DNA of 64,000 nucleotides, from NCBI GenBank assembly GCA_900544815.1, contig UQWT01000003.1:157-64156 (forward strand), given 5' to 3'. Positions 35,126 to 45,521 of the stretch are shown here, one piece after another; the first letter of the stretch is position 1; every line of letters begins with the position of its first letter. The position numbers and the translations under genes were made by a program. This DNA comes from an uncultured Bacteroidales bacterium. Lineage in GTDB: Bacteria; Bacteroidota; Bacteroidia; Bacteroidales; UBA932. The notes below the pieces were generated by a model. That model did not search any database and had not been told where the DNA came from. It saw only the letters and a program-made list of their open reading frames with translations.

Positions 35126-35240
35126 GCTCCTTACTTTCTATACTCTCTTTTCCTTCTCTCCTCTCTATACACTAAAAAAGCCAATGCTAAAGCTAAAGCC
35201 AACGCCAACGCTATAAACAATACACTTTCAACTATTAATT
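35126..35240. repeat. mosaic low-complexity intergenic repeat, copy D
   Basis: ctttctatactctcttttccttctctcctctctatacact...gccaatgctaaagctaaagccaacgccaacgc then tataaacaatacac. This is the reverse-complement arrangement of copy C2. Confidence 0.7.
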
Positions 35241-35275
35241 TGCTATATTTGTTCGGTTTTAGAATTTTTGATAGG

Positions 35276-36025
35276 ATGAAAATACTAGTTTTAATACCGG
35301 CCAGATATGCTTCATCTAGATTCCCCGGTAAGCCATTAGCAATAATCAAAGGTAAACCTATGATCCAGAGGGTTTACGAGCAATCCATGAAGGCATACGA
35401 TGATGTATGCGTTGCCACAGACGATGAGCGGATATACAACAAGGTAAAGGAGTTTGGCGGAAGGGTCGTTATGACATCAACCGAGCATCAAAGCGGTACA
35501 GACAGATGTCTTGAGGCATTGGAGAGATTCTCAGCGGAGGCGGGGGTACGCTATGATGCTGTAATAAATGTGCAGGGAGATGAACCATATATACAGCCGG
35601 AGCAGATAAGGCTCGTAGGTGAGCTTCTTGCAAAAGACAATGCAGACATAGCAACTCTTGTAATGCGTGTAGACAGCGTGGAGGAGTACAATAACAGCAA
35701 CTCTCCAAAAGTTGTAACAGACAAAGAGGGTTATGCGCTCTATTTCAGCAGATCACCAATTCCATTTTCAAGGGGTGCAGAGGTAACGGACGAGGTGTTG
35801 AAAAACGGAAGATTTTACAGACATGTGGGGATGTACGGGTACAGGTCCTGTGTTCTCAAAGAGATCTGCACTCTTCCTCAAAGTTTCCTCGAAAAAACAG
35901 AGAAACTTGAGCAGTTGAGATGGCTCGAAAACGGATACAGGATAAAAACTGCAATCACCGAGTACAAAACACATGCGGTTGACACCCCGGAGGATTTAAA
36001 ATATCTTAATGAGACAGATTTGTAA
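35276..36025 (+). CDS. kdsB: 3-deoxy-manno-octulosonate cytidylyltransferase
   Basis: MKILVLIPARYASSRFPGKPLAIIKGKPMIQRVYE, GTDRC and NVQGDEP motifs. ATG at 35276; the TTG-initiated extension in the ORF track reads through repeat D. Confidence 0.9.
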   Translation: MKILVLIPARYASSRFPGKPLAIIKGKPMIQRVYEQSMKAYDDVCVATDDERIYNKVKEFGGRVVMTSTEHQSGTDRCLEALERFSAEAGVRYDAVINVQGDEPYIQPEQIRLVGELLAKDNADIATLVMRVDSVEEYNNSNSPKVVTDKEGYALYFSRSPIPFSRGAEVTDEVLKNGRFYRHVGMYGYRSCVLKEICTLPQSFLEKTEKLEQLRWLENGYRIKTAITEYKTHAVDTPEDLKYLNETDL

Positions 36026-36074
36026 CATAATACAGAATTTAACTTTTTAGACAATTTTCTTTTGAAAAAATAAC

Positions 36075-36082
36075 TATCTTTG
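36075..36082 (+). promoter_or_regulatory. candidate -7 box (TAnnTTTG)
   Basis: tatctttg lies 91 nt upstream of the ATG at 36173. Confidence 0.2.
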
Positions 36083-36172
36083 CCAATGTTTGACGGACTG
36101 TTTTGTTTTTACAGAGGATGTGGAGGCAAAATGGTGTTTTATTGTAGTAATCACATTTTAATTATATACAAA

Positions 36173-37837
36173 ATGAAAAAATTATCTTTCAGATTTCTAA
36201 GTCTCATGGTTTTGAGCTTAGCACTTGTTGCTTGTAGCAATCCATCAAAGATGGCCAAGTATGCAAGCATGGTTACAACCAATTGTGAACCTCAGGTTCT
36301 AGAGGCTGTTGCAGGTAAGATTGATGCAACATATTCAGTAACATTCCCCGGTAAATATTTCCTTAAAAAAGCTATTTTGGAGATCACCCCTGTAATGGTT
36401 TACCAAGGTGGTGAGGTTGCAGGTGAAACTTTCACTCTACAGGGTGAGAAAGTTCTTGAAAACTACACAACTGTTCCTTTTGAGCAGGGAGGTACATACA
36501 AGAGAAATGTATCCTTCAACTATGTTCCGGGAATGGAGAAAGCTGTTTTGGAGCTTAGAGCTACCGTTTACAACAAAACCAAAACCAAAAAATTTGTTTA
36601 TCCTGCTCCATTCAAGATTGCAGACGGAACAAATACAACCTATATGTTAGTTTGCACAGAGGGTACACCTACATTTGAGGCAGATAACTATCAGAAGATT
36701 ATCAAAGAGCAGAAAGAGAGCCAGATCCTTTATGTAATCAATCAGGCAGAGGTTAGAAACAGCCAGCTTACAAAGAAAGAGATCAAAGAGTTTGAGGAGT
36801 TCCTTAAATCTGTTGCAAACGATGAGAGAAGAACCCTTACCTCTAACGATATTATAGCTTACGCTTCACCAGACGGTAAAGAGACATTGAACGCTTCTTT
36901 GTCTGAGAAGAGAATGAATACTGCAACCAAAGCTTTCCAGAAGAAGATTGCCAAGAAAAACAAAACTGCTTTGGACGCAGATCTTAACGCATCTCATGTA
37001 AATGAGGACTGGGAAGGTTTCCAGGAGCTGGTTTCTGCATCTAATATAGAGGATAAAGAGCTTATTCTAAGAGTTCTTTCTATGTACTCAGATCCGGCTG
37101 TAAGAGAGCAGGAGATTAAGAATATGTCATCTGTATTCCAGATTTTGGCAGACAAGATCCTTCCTCAACTTAGAAGAGCAAGAATCATTGCCAATGTTGA
37201 TTACAAGAACTGGACAGATGATGAGATCAACGACATGATAGAGAACAATATAGATGAGTTAGACGAAGAGGCATTGCTTTATGCAGCTGCAACTCTTAAG
37301 AAGAATCCTGCTGACAAGATGAAACTATACGAGCAGGCAGCTAAGAAATACAATAGCAGCCGCGCATATAACAACATGGCAGTTCTTTATCTTATTCAGG
37401 GTAAAGCAGCAGATGCAAAGAGCGCTCTTGACAAGATGTCTGAGAAAACTCCAAGCTACTATAACAATATGGGTGTTGTAGCCATGCAACAGGAGAACTA
37501 CAAGGCTGCTGCAGATTATCTTTCAAAATCTAATCTGCCTGAGGCTAAATACAATCAGGCTGCTTTGGATATCTTAGACGGTAAATACCAGCAGGCAGTT
37601 GCTGCTCTTGCAGGTACAGGCGCCGAGAACGAGGCTCTTGCATACTTGCTAGTAGGCGAGAACGCAAAAGCAGGTGCTGCTATCCACTGCAAATGTCCTA
37701 AATCCAACTACCTTAGAGCTATTGTAGCTGCTCGTCAGGGCAACTCTGCAGCTGCTAAAGAGTTTATTGAGAAGGCTTCTAAAGATGAGAAGTTGGCAGC
37801 AAGGGCTAAGAATGATATTGAGTTTGCAAAACTATAA
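36173..37837 (+). CDS. lipoprotein with an OmpA-like segment and C-terminal TPR-like repeats
   Basis: MKKLSFRFLSLMVLSLALVACS lipobox. IAYASPDGKETLNASLSEKRMNTA resembles the OmpA-family peptidoglycan-binding motif. The C-terminal Ala/Tyr/Asn-rich helical repeats are TPR-like. Confidence 0.5.
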   Translation: MKKLSFRFLSLMVLSLALVACSNPSKMAKYASMVTTNCEPQVLEAVAGKIDATYSVTFPGKYFLKKAILEITPVMVYQGGEVAGETFTLQGEKVLENYTTVPFEQGGTYKRNVSFNYVPGMEKAVLELRATVYNKTKTKKFVYPAPFKIADGTNTTYMLVCTEGTPTFEADNYQKIIKEQKESQILYVINQAEVRNSQLTKKEIKEFEEFLKSVANDERRTLTSNDIIAYASPDGKETLNASLSEKRMNTATKAFQKKIAKKNKTALDADLNASHVNEDWEGFQELVSASNIEDKELILRVLSMYSDPAVREQEIKNMSSVFQILADKILPQLRRARIIANVDYKNWTDDEINDMIENNIDELDEEALLYAAATLKKNPADKMKLYEQAAKKYNSSRAYNNMAVLYLIQGKAADAKSALDKMSEKTPSYYNNMGVVAMQQENYKAAADYLSKSNLPEAKYNQAALDILDGKYQQAVAALAGTGAENEALAYLLVGENAKAGAAIHCKCPKSNYLRAIVAARQGNSAAAKEFIEKASKDEKLAARAKNDIEFAKL

Positions 37838-37922
37838 AACTGTCTAAAAAGTCAACTGCCACATTACGTTTGTTTTACAAGCTTTGCATTTGCACTTTTT
37901 ACACAATTTTAAAAGATTTTAT

Positions 37923-37954
37923 AGGGTGGTCTCACAGGCCACCCTTATTTTGTT
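37923..37954 (+). terminator. intrinsic terminator
   Basis: agggtgg-N9-ccaccct followed by tattttgtt, ~85 nt after the stop at 37837. Confidence 0.55.
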
Positions 37955-38003
37955 GCATTAACTACCAATAGTTTAATTAAATTTGCAACAAATCTGTAAC
38001 AGC

Positions 38004-39344
38004 ATGAGCAAATTATTATTATTTACCAATAGCTATCCTTTTGGCAATGGCGAGACATTTTTGGACGATGAGATTCCATATCTTGCCGGCAGGTTTGATG
38101 AGATCTATATACATCCCCTCTATATCCCGGCAGATGCCGCCACGCTCTCCATAAATAATAAAAATTGCTTTAAGTTTAAAAACATAAAGATTTGCGAAGC
38201 TCTTATACCATTTGATCATAAAGACAAGAAGGGACTTATAAGAAAGGGGCTTAAAATCATCCCTCCACAATGGCAGATTACAGAGTTTTTTTCAAAGGGT
38301 TGTTTCCTGCACGCAAAAAAATTAAGACTGTTTTTTAATTACTCGCTCATATACAACTCCATTATTGCAGACAAATCTCTTGTCAACAAGATTTTATGCG
38401 AACTAAACGAGTGCAGTGTTGCCTATTTCTACTGGGGAGACAAATCTGCCCTCCTTGTGCCGGAGTTAAAAAAACTAATAGCACACAAGTTTAAAAAGTC
38501 TGCAGACAAGATGCCGGCATTTGTTGTACGGTTTCATGGTTCGGACCTTTACGAGGAGGTAAAAGGATACCTACCATTTAGAAAGCATCTTCTCCCGCAA
38601 ATAGACTATGCCGTCACTATTTCAAAAAACGGAAAGGAATATATCAAAAACAGATATCCCGGCATTCAACCCAAGAATGTATGCACATACAGGTTAGGCA
38701 GTTGCGGTGACAATATTCCAAAAAGGATAGGACAGGAGTTTGAAGGCTCGCTGTTTCACATTATAAGCTGCTCCAACATTATTCCTCTAAAACGTGTAGG
38801 GCTTATTGCAGACGCCCTGAAGATTGTCCAAAACGACGTGGCTTTTTTAGAAAGGATGTGGGAAAACGGCTATGACGGAATAAAATGGACTCACATTGGA
38901 AACGGCCCGCTCTTAAATGAGATTAAAGAAAAAACAACGTTGGAGGAGGATGGAGAGGTAGTATATGACCTTAAGGGAGAGATGGAACATAACAATGTTT
39001 TAAACTATTACAGACAAGAAGATTGCGATCTTTTTGTTCAGGTAAGCAGTAGCGAAGGTGTTCCGGTTTCCATTATGGAGGCTCTGTCGTTTGGTATTCC
39101 GGTACTTGCCACAAATGTAGGCGGGGTTGGTGAGATTGTCTATAACAGAGATTCGGATCCTTTTGGGAAATTGGTCAACGCAGATATTACCACTACCAAT
39201 CTTGCAACAGAAATAGAGAACTTTATCCTTTTGCCTCCCGACAAATTACTCAACATGAAACGTGCTGCCCGCACCGAGTGGGAACTTGGCTGGGACAGCA
39301 CTAAGAACTATTCTGCCTTTGCAGATTTTTTAGTAACACTGTAA
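38004..39344 (+). CDS. glycosyltransferase (GT-B fold, GT4-like)
   Basis: C-terminal SSSEGVPVSIMEALSFGIPVLATNVGGVGEIV (E-x7-E-type motif). ATG at 38004 is preferred over the TTG at 37983. Confidence 0.7.
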   Translation: MSKLLLFTNSYPFGNGETFLDDEIPYLAGRFDEIYIHPLYIPADAATLSINNKNCFKFKNIKICEALIPFDHKDKKGLIRKGLKIIPPQWQITEFFSKGCFLHAKKLRLFFNYSLIYNSIIADKSLVNKILCELNECSVAYFYWGDKSALLVPELKKLIAHKFKKSADKMPAFVVRFHGSDLYEEVKGYLPFRKHLLPQIDYAVTISKNGKEYIKNRYPGIQPKNVCTYRLGSCGDNIPKRIGQEFEGSLFHIISCSNIIPLKRVGLIADALKIVQNDVAFLERMWENGYDGIKWTHIGNGPLLNEIKEKTTLEEDGEVVYDLKGEMEHNNVLNYYRQEDCDLFVQVSSSEGVPVSIMEALSFGIPVLATNVGGVGEIVYNRDSDPFGKLVNADITTTNLATEIENFILLPPDKLLNMKRAARTEWELGWDSTKNYSAFADFLVTL

Positions 39345-39363
39345 GTTTACCCTCGCACAGCTT

Positions 39364-41151
39364 TTAATCGAGTTTTAAGACAGCCATAAACGCACTCTGC
39401 GGCACCTCTACATTACCAACCTGACGCATACGGCGTTTACCTTTCTTCTGCTTCTCCAACAGCTTGCGCTTACGGGAAATATCACCTCCATAACATTTGG
39501 CAGTAACATCCTTTCTTACAGCCTTAACCGTTTCACGAGCAATAATCTTTGCGCCTATTGCCGCCTGAATCGCAATATCAAATTGCTGTCTTGGGATAAG
39601 CTCCTTTAGCTTTTCACACATTTTACGCCCAAAGTCATAGGCATGATCTCTATGTATAAGGCTCGACAATGCATCCACCTGCTCTCCATTAAGAAGTATA
39701 TCCAACTTTACAAGATCTGCCTGCCGGTAATCGATGATATGGTAATCAAATGAGGCATATCCCTTTGAGATAGACTTGAGTTTGTCATAAAAATCAAACA
39801 CTATCTCTGCAAGAGGAATATCGAAACTCAGTTCAACTCTATCTGCCGTAAGGAAATGCTGGTTAATAAGCGTACCTCTTTTATCCAAGCACAACTTCAT
39901 TACCGGCCCAAAGAAATCCGCACGTGAGATAATCTGCGCCCTAATATATGGCTCCTCTATATAGTCTATAAGAGTAGGTGCGGGAAGCCCGGATGGGTTG
40001 TGAACATCAACCACCTCTCCCTGTGTTGTATATACTTTGTATGAAACGTTTGGAACTGTGGTGATACAGTCCATGTTAAACTCCCTGTAAAGCCTCTCCT
40101 GAACAATTTCAAGATGAAGAAGCCCAAGGAATCCACACCTGAAACCAAACCCAAGGGCAAGCGAACTCTCGGGGTCAAATACAAGTGATGCATCGTTAAG
40201 CTGCAATTTCTCCAAAGATGATCTTAAATCCTCATATTGGTCTGTTTCAACCGGATAAACACCTGCAAAGACCATAGGTTTCACCTCCTCAAAACCTGCA
40301 ATTGCATTACTGCAAGGGTTGTCTATTCTTGTAATGGTATCACCAACCTTAACCTCAACAGCACTCTTTATACCACTTATTATATAACCCACATCCCCTG
40401 TCTTAATCTCATCTTTGGGACACAACTTCATCCTTAAAACACCAACTTCATCTGCAACATACTCCTTTCCGGTATTAAAGAATTTAACCTTTTCTCCCTT
40501 TTTAATAGTTCCGTTCTCAACCTTAAAATATGCTATAACACCTCTGAATGAATTGAATACAGAGTCAAATATCAATGCCTGGAGAGGGGCGTTGGGGTCT
40601 CCCTGCGGAGCAGGAACCCTCTCAACAATAGCATCCAAAATTTCCGGCACACCTATACCTGTCTTGCCGCTGGCAAGGAGGATCTCTTCGCTTTTACATC
40701 CCAAAAGGTCTACTATCTGATCCTTTACTACCTCCACCATGGCACTGTCCATATCTATCTTGTTAATGACGGGTATAATCTCCAGATCGTGGTTAAGTGC
40801 AAGGTACAGATTGGATATCGTCTGTGCCTGAATTCCCTGTGTTGCATCTACAACAAGCAGAGCGCCTTCGCAAGAGGCAATAGCCCTTGATACCTCATAC
40901 GAGAAATCCACATGACCCGGAGTGTCAATGAGATTAAGAATATATTTCTCACCTCCACGAACATACTCCATCTGAATTGCATGGCTCTTTATGGTAATAC
41001 CTTTCTCCTTCTCCAAATCCATTGAATCGAGAACCTGATTCTCCATCTCCCTGTCCGACAGTGTGTGCGTGGCCTCTAATAATCTGTCGGCCAAAGTACT
41101 CTTTCCATGGTCTATATGTGCTATAATGCAAAAGTTCCTTATATTCTTCAT
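39364..41151 (-). CDS. lepA: elongation factor 4
   Basis: [32 protein letters not shown] and NKID, with the LepA-specific C-terminal region; 595 aa. Confidence 0.95.
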   Translation of the reverse strand: MKNIRNFCIIAHIDHGKSTLADRLLEATHTLSDREMENQVLDSMDLEKEKGITIKSHAIQMEYVRGGEKYILNLIDTPGHVDFSYEVSRAIASCEGALLVVDATQGIQAQTISNLYLALNHDLEIIPVINKIDMDSAMVEVVKDQIVDLLGCKSEEILLASGKTGIGVPEILDAIVERVPAPQGDPNAPLQALIFDSVFNSFRGVIAYFKVENGTIKKGEKVKFFNTGKEYVADEVGVLRMKLCPKDEIKTGDVGYIISGIKSAVEVKVGDTITRIDNPCSNAIAGFEEVKPMVFAGVYPVETDQYEDLRSSLEKLQLNDASLVFDPESSLALGFGFRCGFLGLLHLEIVQERLYREFNMDCITTVPNVSYKVYTTQGEVVDVHNPSGLPAPTLIDYIEEPYIRAQIISRADFFGPVMKLCLDKRGTLINQHFLTADRVELSFDIPLAEIVFDFYDKLKSISKGYASFDYHIIDYRQADLVKLDILLNGEQVDALSSLIHRDHAYDFGRKMCEKLKELIPRQQFDIAIQAAIGAKIIARETVKAVRKDVTAKCYGGDISRKRKLLEKQKKGKRRMRQVGNVEVPQSAFMAVLKLD

Positions 41152-41176
41152 CTACATTTAATCTAAAAGCGGTAAT

Positions 41177-41192
41177 TATGTTTGCAAAGATA
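41177..41192. promoter_or_regulatory. back-to-back candidate -7 boxes for divergent lepA and transketolase genes
   Basis: tatgtttgcaaagata contains TATGTTTG on the + strand and TATCTTTG on the - strand. The minus-strand box lies 34-41 nt upstream of the lepA ATG. Confidence 0.3.
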
Positions 41193-41321
41193 ATTCAATT
41201 TTGTATTATCTTCGCACTGCGGCTTTGGCATCTTGCTTTTATGATACTGTTTACAACTTAAACAGCATTCAAGCCTCCTGAATTAGACACTAAATAACAC
41301 TTAAAACATAGAAATTCTTAC

Positions 41322-42170
41322 ATGTATAACATTGAACAATTAAATGATATAGCCTCTCAGGTAAGGAGAGACATTATCAGAATGGTCACAGATGCCCAGT
41401 CTGGACATCCGGGCGGCAGCCTCAGCAGTGCCGATGTAATGACCGCGCTCTTCTTTAAGGTATTAAAGCACAACCCTGCAAACTGGAGCAGAACAGGTAG
41501 AGGAAACGACATGTTCTTCCTCTCTGCCGGGCATATCTCCCCTGTATTTTACAGTGTATTGGCAAGGAGCGGTTATTTTCCTGTTAAGGAGCTTGCCACA
41601 TTCAGAAAATTTGGCACAAGGCTACAGGGCCATCCATCTACAGATCATAATCTTCCTGGAGTATATGAAGCTGCCGGTTCGCTTGGACAGGGATTGTCTG
41701 TTGCAATAGGAGCCGCTTTGAGCAAGAAGATAGACAACGATCCAAATTATGTTTACGTTTTACTTGGAGACGGAGAGCAGGAGGAGGGTCAGGTATGGGA
41801 AGCTGCCATGTTTGGCGCACACCATAAAGTTGACAATCTTATAGCTATCACAGACTGGAACCACCAACAGATAGACGGCAATATAGATGATGTTGCAGGA
41901 GTTGGCGAGTTAGACAAAAAATGGGAAGCTTTCGGCTGGAGGGTGATTATTACAGATGGCCATAATATGGAGAAGATTATCTCTGCTCTTGAAGAGGCCA
42001 AAAGAACCGCAAAGGAGAACAACTCCCCTGTAATGGTGCTGTTAAAGACAGAGATGGGAGAGGGTGTAGACTTTATGCGCGGCACCAATGAGTGGCACGG
42101 CAAGGCCCCAAAACCAGAGCAGGCAGAGAAGGCTCTTGCACAACTAAAAGAGACACTTGGAGATTACTAA
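41322..42170 (+). CDS. transketolase, N-terminal (TPP-binding) subunit
   Basis: GHPGGSLSSADVMTALFF, LGDGEQEEGQVWEA and HGKAP; 282 aa, split-type transketolase. Confidence 0.9.
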   Translation: MYNIEQLNDIASQVRRDIIRMVTDAQSGHPGGSLSSADVMTALFFKVLKHNPANWSRTGRGNDMFFLSAGHISPVFYSVLARSGYFPVKELATFRKFGTRLQGHPSTDHNLPGVYEAAGSLGQGLSVAIGAALSKKIDNDPNYVYVLLGDGEQEEGQVWEAAMFGAHHKVDNLIAITDWNHQQIDGNIDDVAGVGELDKKWEAFGWRVIITDGHNMEKIISALEEAKRTAKENNSPVMVLLKTEMGEGVDFMRGTNEWHGKAPKPEQAEKALAQLKETLGDY

Positions 42171-42208
42171 AATCCAAGTGACAGTAATAACCAGATAACA
42201 TTAAATTT

Positions 42209-43171
42209 ATGATAAAAGAAAATTTCATAAACAGAGGCAGCAAAGATACAAGAAGCGGTTTTGGAGCCGGGCTGCTTGAAGCCGGAAAGCAGAATGAGAA
42301 TATTGTTGCCCTATGTGCAGACCTTGTAGGCTCTGTAAAGATGGGAGATTTTGCAAAAGAGTTTCCAAACAGATTTTTCCAGGCAGGCATAGCCGAGGCC
42401 AACATGATTGGCGTTGGTGCAGGCCTTGCCTTAAGCGGTAAGGTTGCTTTTGTTGGTACATTCGCCGCATTTGCAACAGGAAGGGTTTACGACCAGATAA
42501 GGCAGGCTGTCTGCTATTCTAACACAAACGTTAAGATTGCAGCTTCTCACGCGGGAATTACACTTGGAGAGGATGGCGCAACCCACCAGATATTGGAGGA
42601 TATAGGACTTATGAGGATGTTGCCTAATATGGTTGTCATTAACCCATGTGACTACAACCAGACTAAAGCAGCTACAATAGCGGCAGCAGCACACAACGGA
42701 CCTGTTTATTTGAGATTCGGGCGTCCATCAGTTCCTAATTTTACCCCATGCGACCAGAAATTTGAAATAGGAAAAGCACTAAAACTAATTGATGGATGCG
42801 ATGTTACAATCTTTGCAACCGGGCATCTTGTATGGGAGGCGATACAGGCTGCAGACGCACTTGAATCTGCCGGCATAAAGGCAGAAGTCATAGATATCCA
42901 CACCATTAAGCCTTTAGATGTTGCTGCTGTCTTGGAATCTGTGGCAAAGACAAAAGCTGCAGTTGTGGCAGAGGAGCATTTTATTGCCGGCGGTCTTGGA
43001 GAGGCTATCTGCGGGACTCTATGTGCAAACGGAAAGGCTGTACCTGTTGAATTTGTTGCAATAGACGACAAGTTTGGGCAGAGCGGCACACCATCTCAGC
43101 TGATGAAGGCATACGGATTGGATGCAGAGCATATTGTTGAAGCTGCAAAGAACGTTATAACAAGAAAATAA
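42209..43171 (+). CDS. transketolase, C-terminal (pyrimidine-binding) subunit
   Basis: FFQAGIAEANMIGVGAGLA, GATHQ..EDIGLMR and GPVYLRFGR; 320 aa. Confidence 0.9.
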   Translation: MIKENFINRGSKDTRSGFGAGLLEAGKQNENIVALCADLVGSVKMGDFAKEFPNRFFQAGIAEANMIGVGAGLALSGKVAFVGTFAAFATGRVYDQIRQAVCYSNTNVKIAASHAGITLGEDGATHQILEDIGLMRMLPNMVVINPCDYNQTKAATIAAAAHNGPVYLRFGRPSVPNFTPCDQKFEIGKALKLIDGCDVTIFATGHLVWEAIQAADALESAGIKAEVIDIHTIKPLDVAAVLESVAKTKAAVVAEEHFIAGGLGEAICGTLCANGKAVPVEFVAIDDKFGQSGTPSQLMKAYGLDAEHIVEAAKNVITRK

Positions 43172-43177
43172 TCTATC

Positions 43178-43726
43178 ATGATTGAAGATTCCGAAATTCT
43201 TGAACTATACAACAAAGACTCAAAGGACGAGGCATTCAATCATATTGTACGAAAATATTCAGAACGATTGTATTGGCACATCAGGGAGCTTTGCGGCTCC
43301 CATGATGATGCCGATGACCTTTTGCAGACAACCTTCATAAAGGTATGGAATGCACTTCCCACCTTTAGAAATGACTGTAAGCTCTACACATGGATATGGC
43401 GTATAGCCACCAATGAAACCCTTACATTTTTAAGGAGAAAAAAGATTATCTCCTTTCTCTCTTTACAGAATTATAGCACATACCTGCAGGAGAAGATGGA
43501 GGATGAGCCATACTTTGACGGAGACAAGTTACAACTTCTTTTGAACAAGGCCATAATAGCCCTTCCTCCACGGCAGCGAGCAGTTTTCAGTCTAAGATAT
43601 TTTCAAGAGATGAAGTACGAAGAGATATCGGAGATAATGGGAATATCTGTAGGTGCGCTAAAAGCCTCATACCATCATGCCTATAACAAGATAAAGACCA
43701 TTTTACAGGATGAGTGGGACAATTGA
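43178..43726 (+). CDS. ECF-type RNA polymerase sigma factor
   Basis: Region 2 (DDADDLLQTTFIKVW, YTWIWRIATNE) and region 4 (RQRAVFSLRYFQEMKYEEISEIMGISVGALKASYHHA). Confidence 0.85.
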   Translation: MIEDSEILELYNKDSKDEAFNHIVRKYSERLYWHIRELCGSHDDADDLLQTTFIKVWNALPTFRNDCKLYTWIWRIATNETLTFLRRKKIISFLSLQNYSTYLQEKMEDEPYFDGDKLQLLLNKAIIALPPRQRAVFSLRYFQEMKYEEISEIMGISVGALKASYHHAYNKIKTILQDEWDN

Positions 43727-43801
43727 GCTTATTAATTGAGCAATGCAATTAATCTTTTGAGATAAACGATAGTCTAATTTACAGAAGAATATTTAGAGGA
43801 T

Positions 43802-44194
43802 ATGAACAAGAATGACAATATTATGGATTCCCTTAACAGATGCCCTTTCAAATTGCCGGCAGGATATACCAACAAAGTTGAGGAAAGTGTCCGCAAAAAG
43901 ATAGAAAAAGAGGAGACAGGCAATATGGCTCTGCTCAAGCCTAACTTTGCACTCCTTCTCACATTCGTCGCTATCCTTGGAATAGGTTACGGCATAATGA
44001 ATTGGGCTACCCCAAAAGATTATACGGGAGTTGCAAATGAAACGGAGAGCACCGCAGTTGCCGCTAATGAAGATTATGGCAATGAACTGTTTGATACTAT
44101 TCCCAATAATCGTTTGAGCTCTGAGGAGGAGGCTATAGAGGATTATCTTATAGAGACCGGCTTTACTGTAACAGCTTTAGCATCCATCGAGTAA
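43802..44194 (+). CDS. putative anti-sigma factor (single-pass membrane protein)
   Basis: Sits immediately downstream of the ECF sigma gene. Short cytoplasmic N-terminus, one TM helix (ALLLTFVAILGIGYGIM) and an acidic C-terminus. Position-based call. Confidence 0.4.
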   Translation: MNKNDNIMDSLNRCPFKLPAGYTNKVEESVRKKIEKEETGNMALLKPNFALLLTFVAILGIGYGIMNWATPKDYTGVANETESTAVAANEDYGNELFDTIPNNRLSSEEEAIEDYLIETGFTVTALASIE

Positions 44195-44220
44195 CCAAAA
44201 ACAATATACAATAGACATAT

Positions 44221-44751
44221 ATGAGATACATTATTTCATTAGCAATCAGCTTAATATTAATGTCGGGCAGTCTCTTTGCTCAGAATAGAGAGGATAACGA
44301 GCCTTGTTGCGAACAGTCCGAACAGACAACAGACAACAAGCAAAAAAAGGAGGAGCAGAAGAGGAATCATCAAGAGATGAGAGAGATGATCCAGGCAAAA
44401 AAGATAGCCTTCTTTACAGAATATTTGGATCTTACGCCAAGTGAGGCAGAAAAATTCTGGCCGCTGTACAACAGTTTTTGGAAACAGAGGATGGATGCTC
44501 ACAAAAACGCAAAGATTGCCCTCAAGAACCTTAATAAAGCGGTAAACTCCACAGAAGAGACTCCTGATTCTACAATAAAATCTCTTATGGAGAAATATAT
44601 ATCATTAAGTAAAAAGGAGTTTGAGATAATGGATGATATGTTTGGCAAGATGAATAGCATATTACCTGTAAAGAAGGCCGCCAAACTGATTAGTGCCGAG
44701 GAAAAATTCAGAGAGCAGCTCATAAGACAGCTTAAGGAGAAAAAGGATTAG
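44221..44751 (+). CDS. secreted helical protein associated with the ECF sigma module (Spy/CpxP-like composition)
   Basis: Signal peptide; K/E/Q-rich helices; LTPSEAEKFWPLYNSFWKQR motif. It is the third gene of the sigma/anti-sigma unit. Confidence 0.35.
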   Translation: MRYIISLAISLILMSGSLFAQNREDNEPCCEQSEQTTDNKQKKEEQKRNHQEMREMIQAKKIAFFTEYLDLTPSEAEKFWPLYNSFWKQRMDAHKNAKIALKNLNKAVNSTEETPDSTIKSLMEKYISLSKKEFEIMDDMFGKMNSILPVKKAAKLISAEEKFREQLIRQLKEKKD

Positions 44752-44756
44752 ATCTT

Positions 44757-45521
44757 CTACAAGTAAAAGTTGAACATAAGTCTTCTAAAAGGCTCGTTGT
44801 CTGCACCGCAGATAACGAGTTTTTCTTTTTCCACGCAAACTGCAGAAGTCTTTACCCCCTTTTCAAACTCCATAAGCAGACGTTTGACCGGCTTATGCGC
44901 AACAGTAAAGACTTCGCACATACGTATAAGGTTCAATGTTTCTATCCCATGCTTCCCCACAAACTCCGTTTTCCTTATAAACTCCCGCCCCTCCGTTACA
45001 GGGAGAATAATTGCCAACCTACCGCCCGTTTTGAGAAGTCTTAAAGTATTGTTGAGCAGATCCATCTGCGAAAGGGAATCTGTATGTTTTGCATTTACCA
45101 TCCTGGTACCCGAGCTTTTAAGCGAATTTATAAAATATGGCGGATTAGTAAAGATGAGATCATATTTTTTGTCGGGAAGCGGGACATAATCTTGTAAGGC
45201 TACATGCTGCAAACCAACCCACGGCCATGGGGAGGCGGATACATTTTCCAAGGCATCTGCATACGCATTATCCTCTATCTCTATACCTGTAATAGTGCAA
45301 CCGTGGCTACAGACGCCACCCGTTGCCACGCAGTCATGCTGTTCATCTAACCGTTGGGCGCACATAAGTGCAATAACCCCGGTTCCGGTTCCTATATCGA
45401 GGAAATTGGCGTCTGAAGGCAGAATATTCATCCAGGAACCAAGCAGCACTCCGTCTGTATTCACCTTCATTGCAGTTCGCTGCTGTGTTATGCCAAATCT
45501 CTTGAATCTAAAGCCTGCCAT
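44757..45521 (-). CDS. tRNA (adenine-N6)-methyltransferase (TrmN6/YfiC-like)
   Basis: [43 protein letters not shown] and the IFTNPPYF catalytic motif. Confidence 0.8.
   Translation of the reverse strand: MAGFRFKRFGITQQRTAMKVNTDGVLLGSWMNILPSDANFLDIGTGTGVIALMCAQRLDEQHDCVATGGVCSHGCTITGIEIEDNAYADALENVSASPWPWVGLQHVALQDYVPLPDKKYDLIFTNPPYFINSLKSSGTRMVNAKHTDSLSQMDLLNNTLRLLKTGGRLAIILPVTEGREFIRKTEFVGKHGIETLNLIRMCEVFTVAHKPVKRLLMEFEKGVKTSAVCVEKEKLVICGADNEPFRRLMFNFYL

Noticed and set aside
35084-35275. N-terminal extension of kdsB (TTG start at 35084) containing ..KKANAKAKANANAINN..
   Set aside because: The extension is a translation of the palindrome and of mosaic repeat copy D. The canonical KdsB N-terminus MKILVLIPARYASSRFPGKP begins at the ATG at 35276.
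26000-35300. Assigning the RHS locus to a T6SS, T9SS or Tc-toxin (ABC) system, or calling the island a mobile element
   Set aside because: The window holds no VgrG/PAAR/Hcp, T6SS or T9SS component, TcA-like gene, integrase, transposase or relaxase. Only the direct and inverted repeats hint at mobility, so these ideas stay as hypotheses in the findings.
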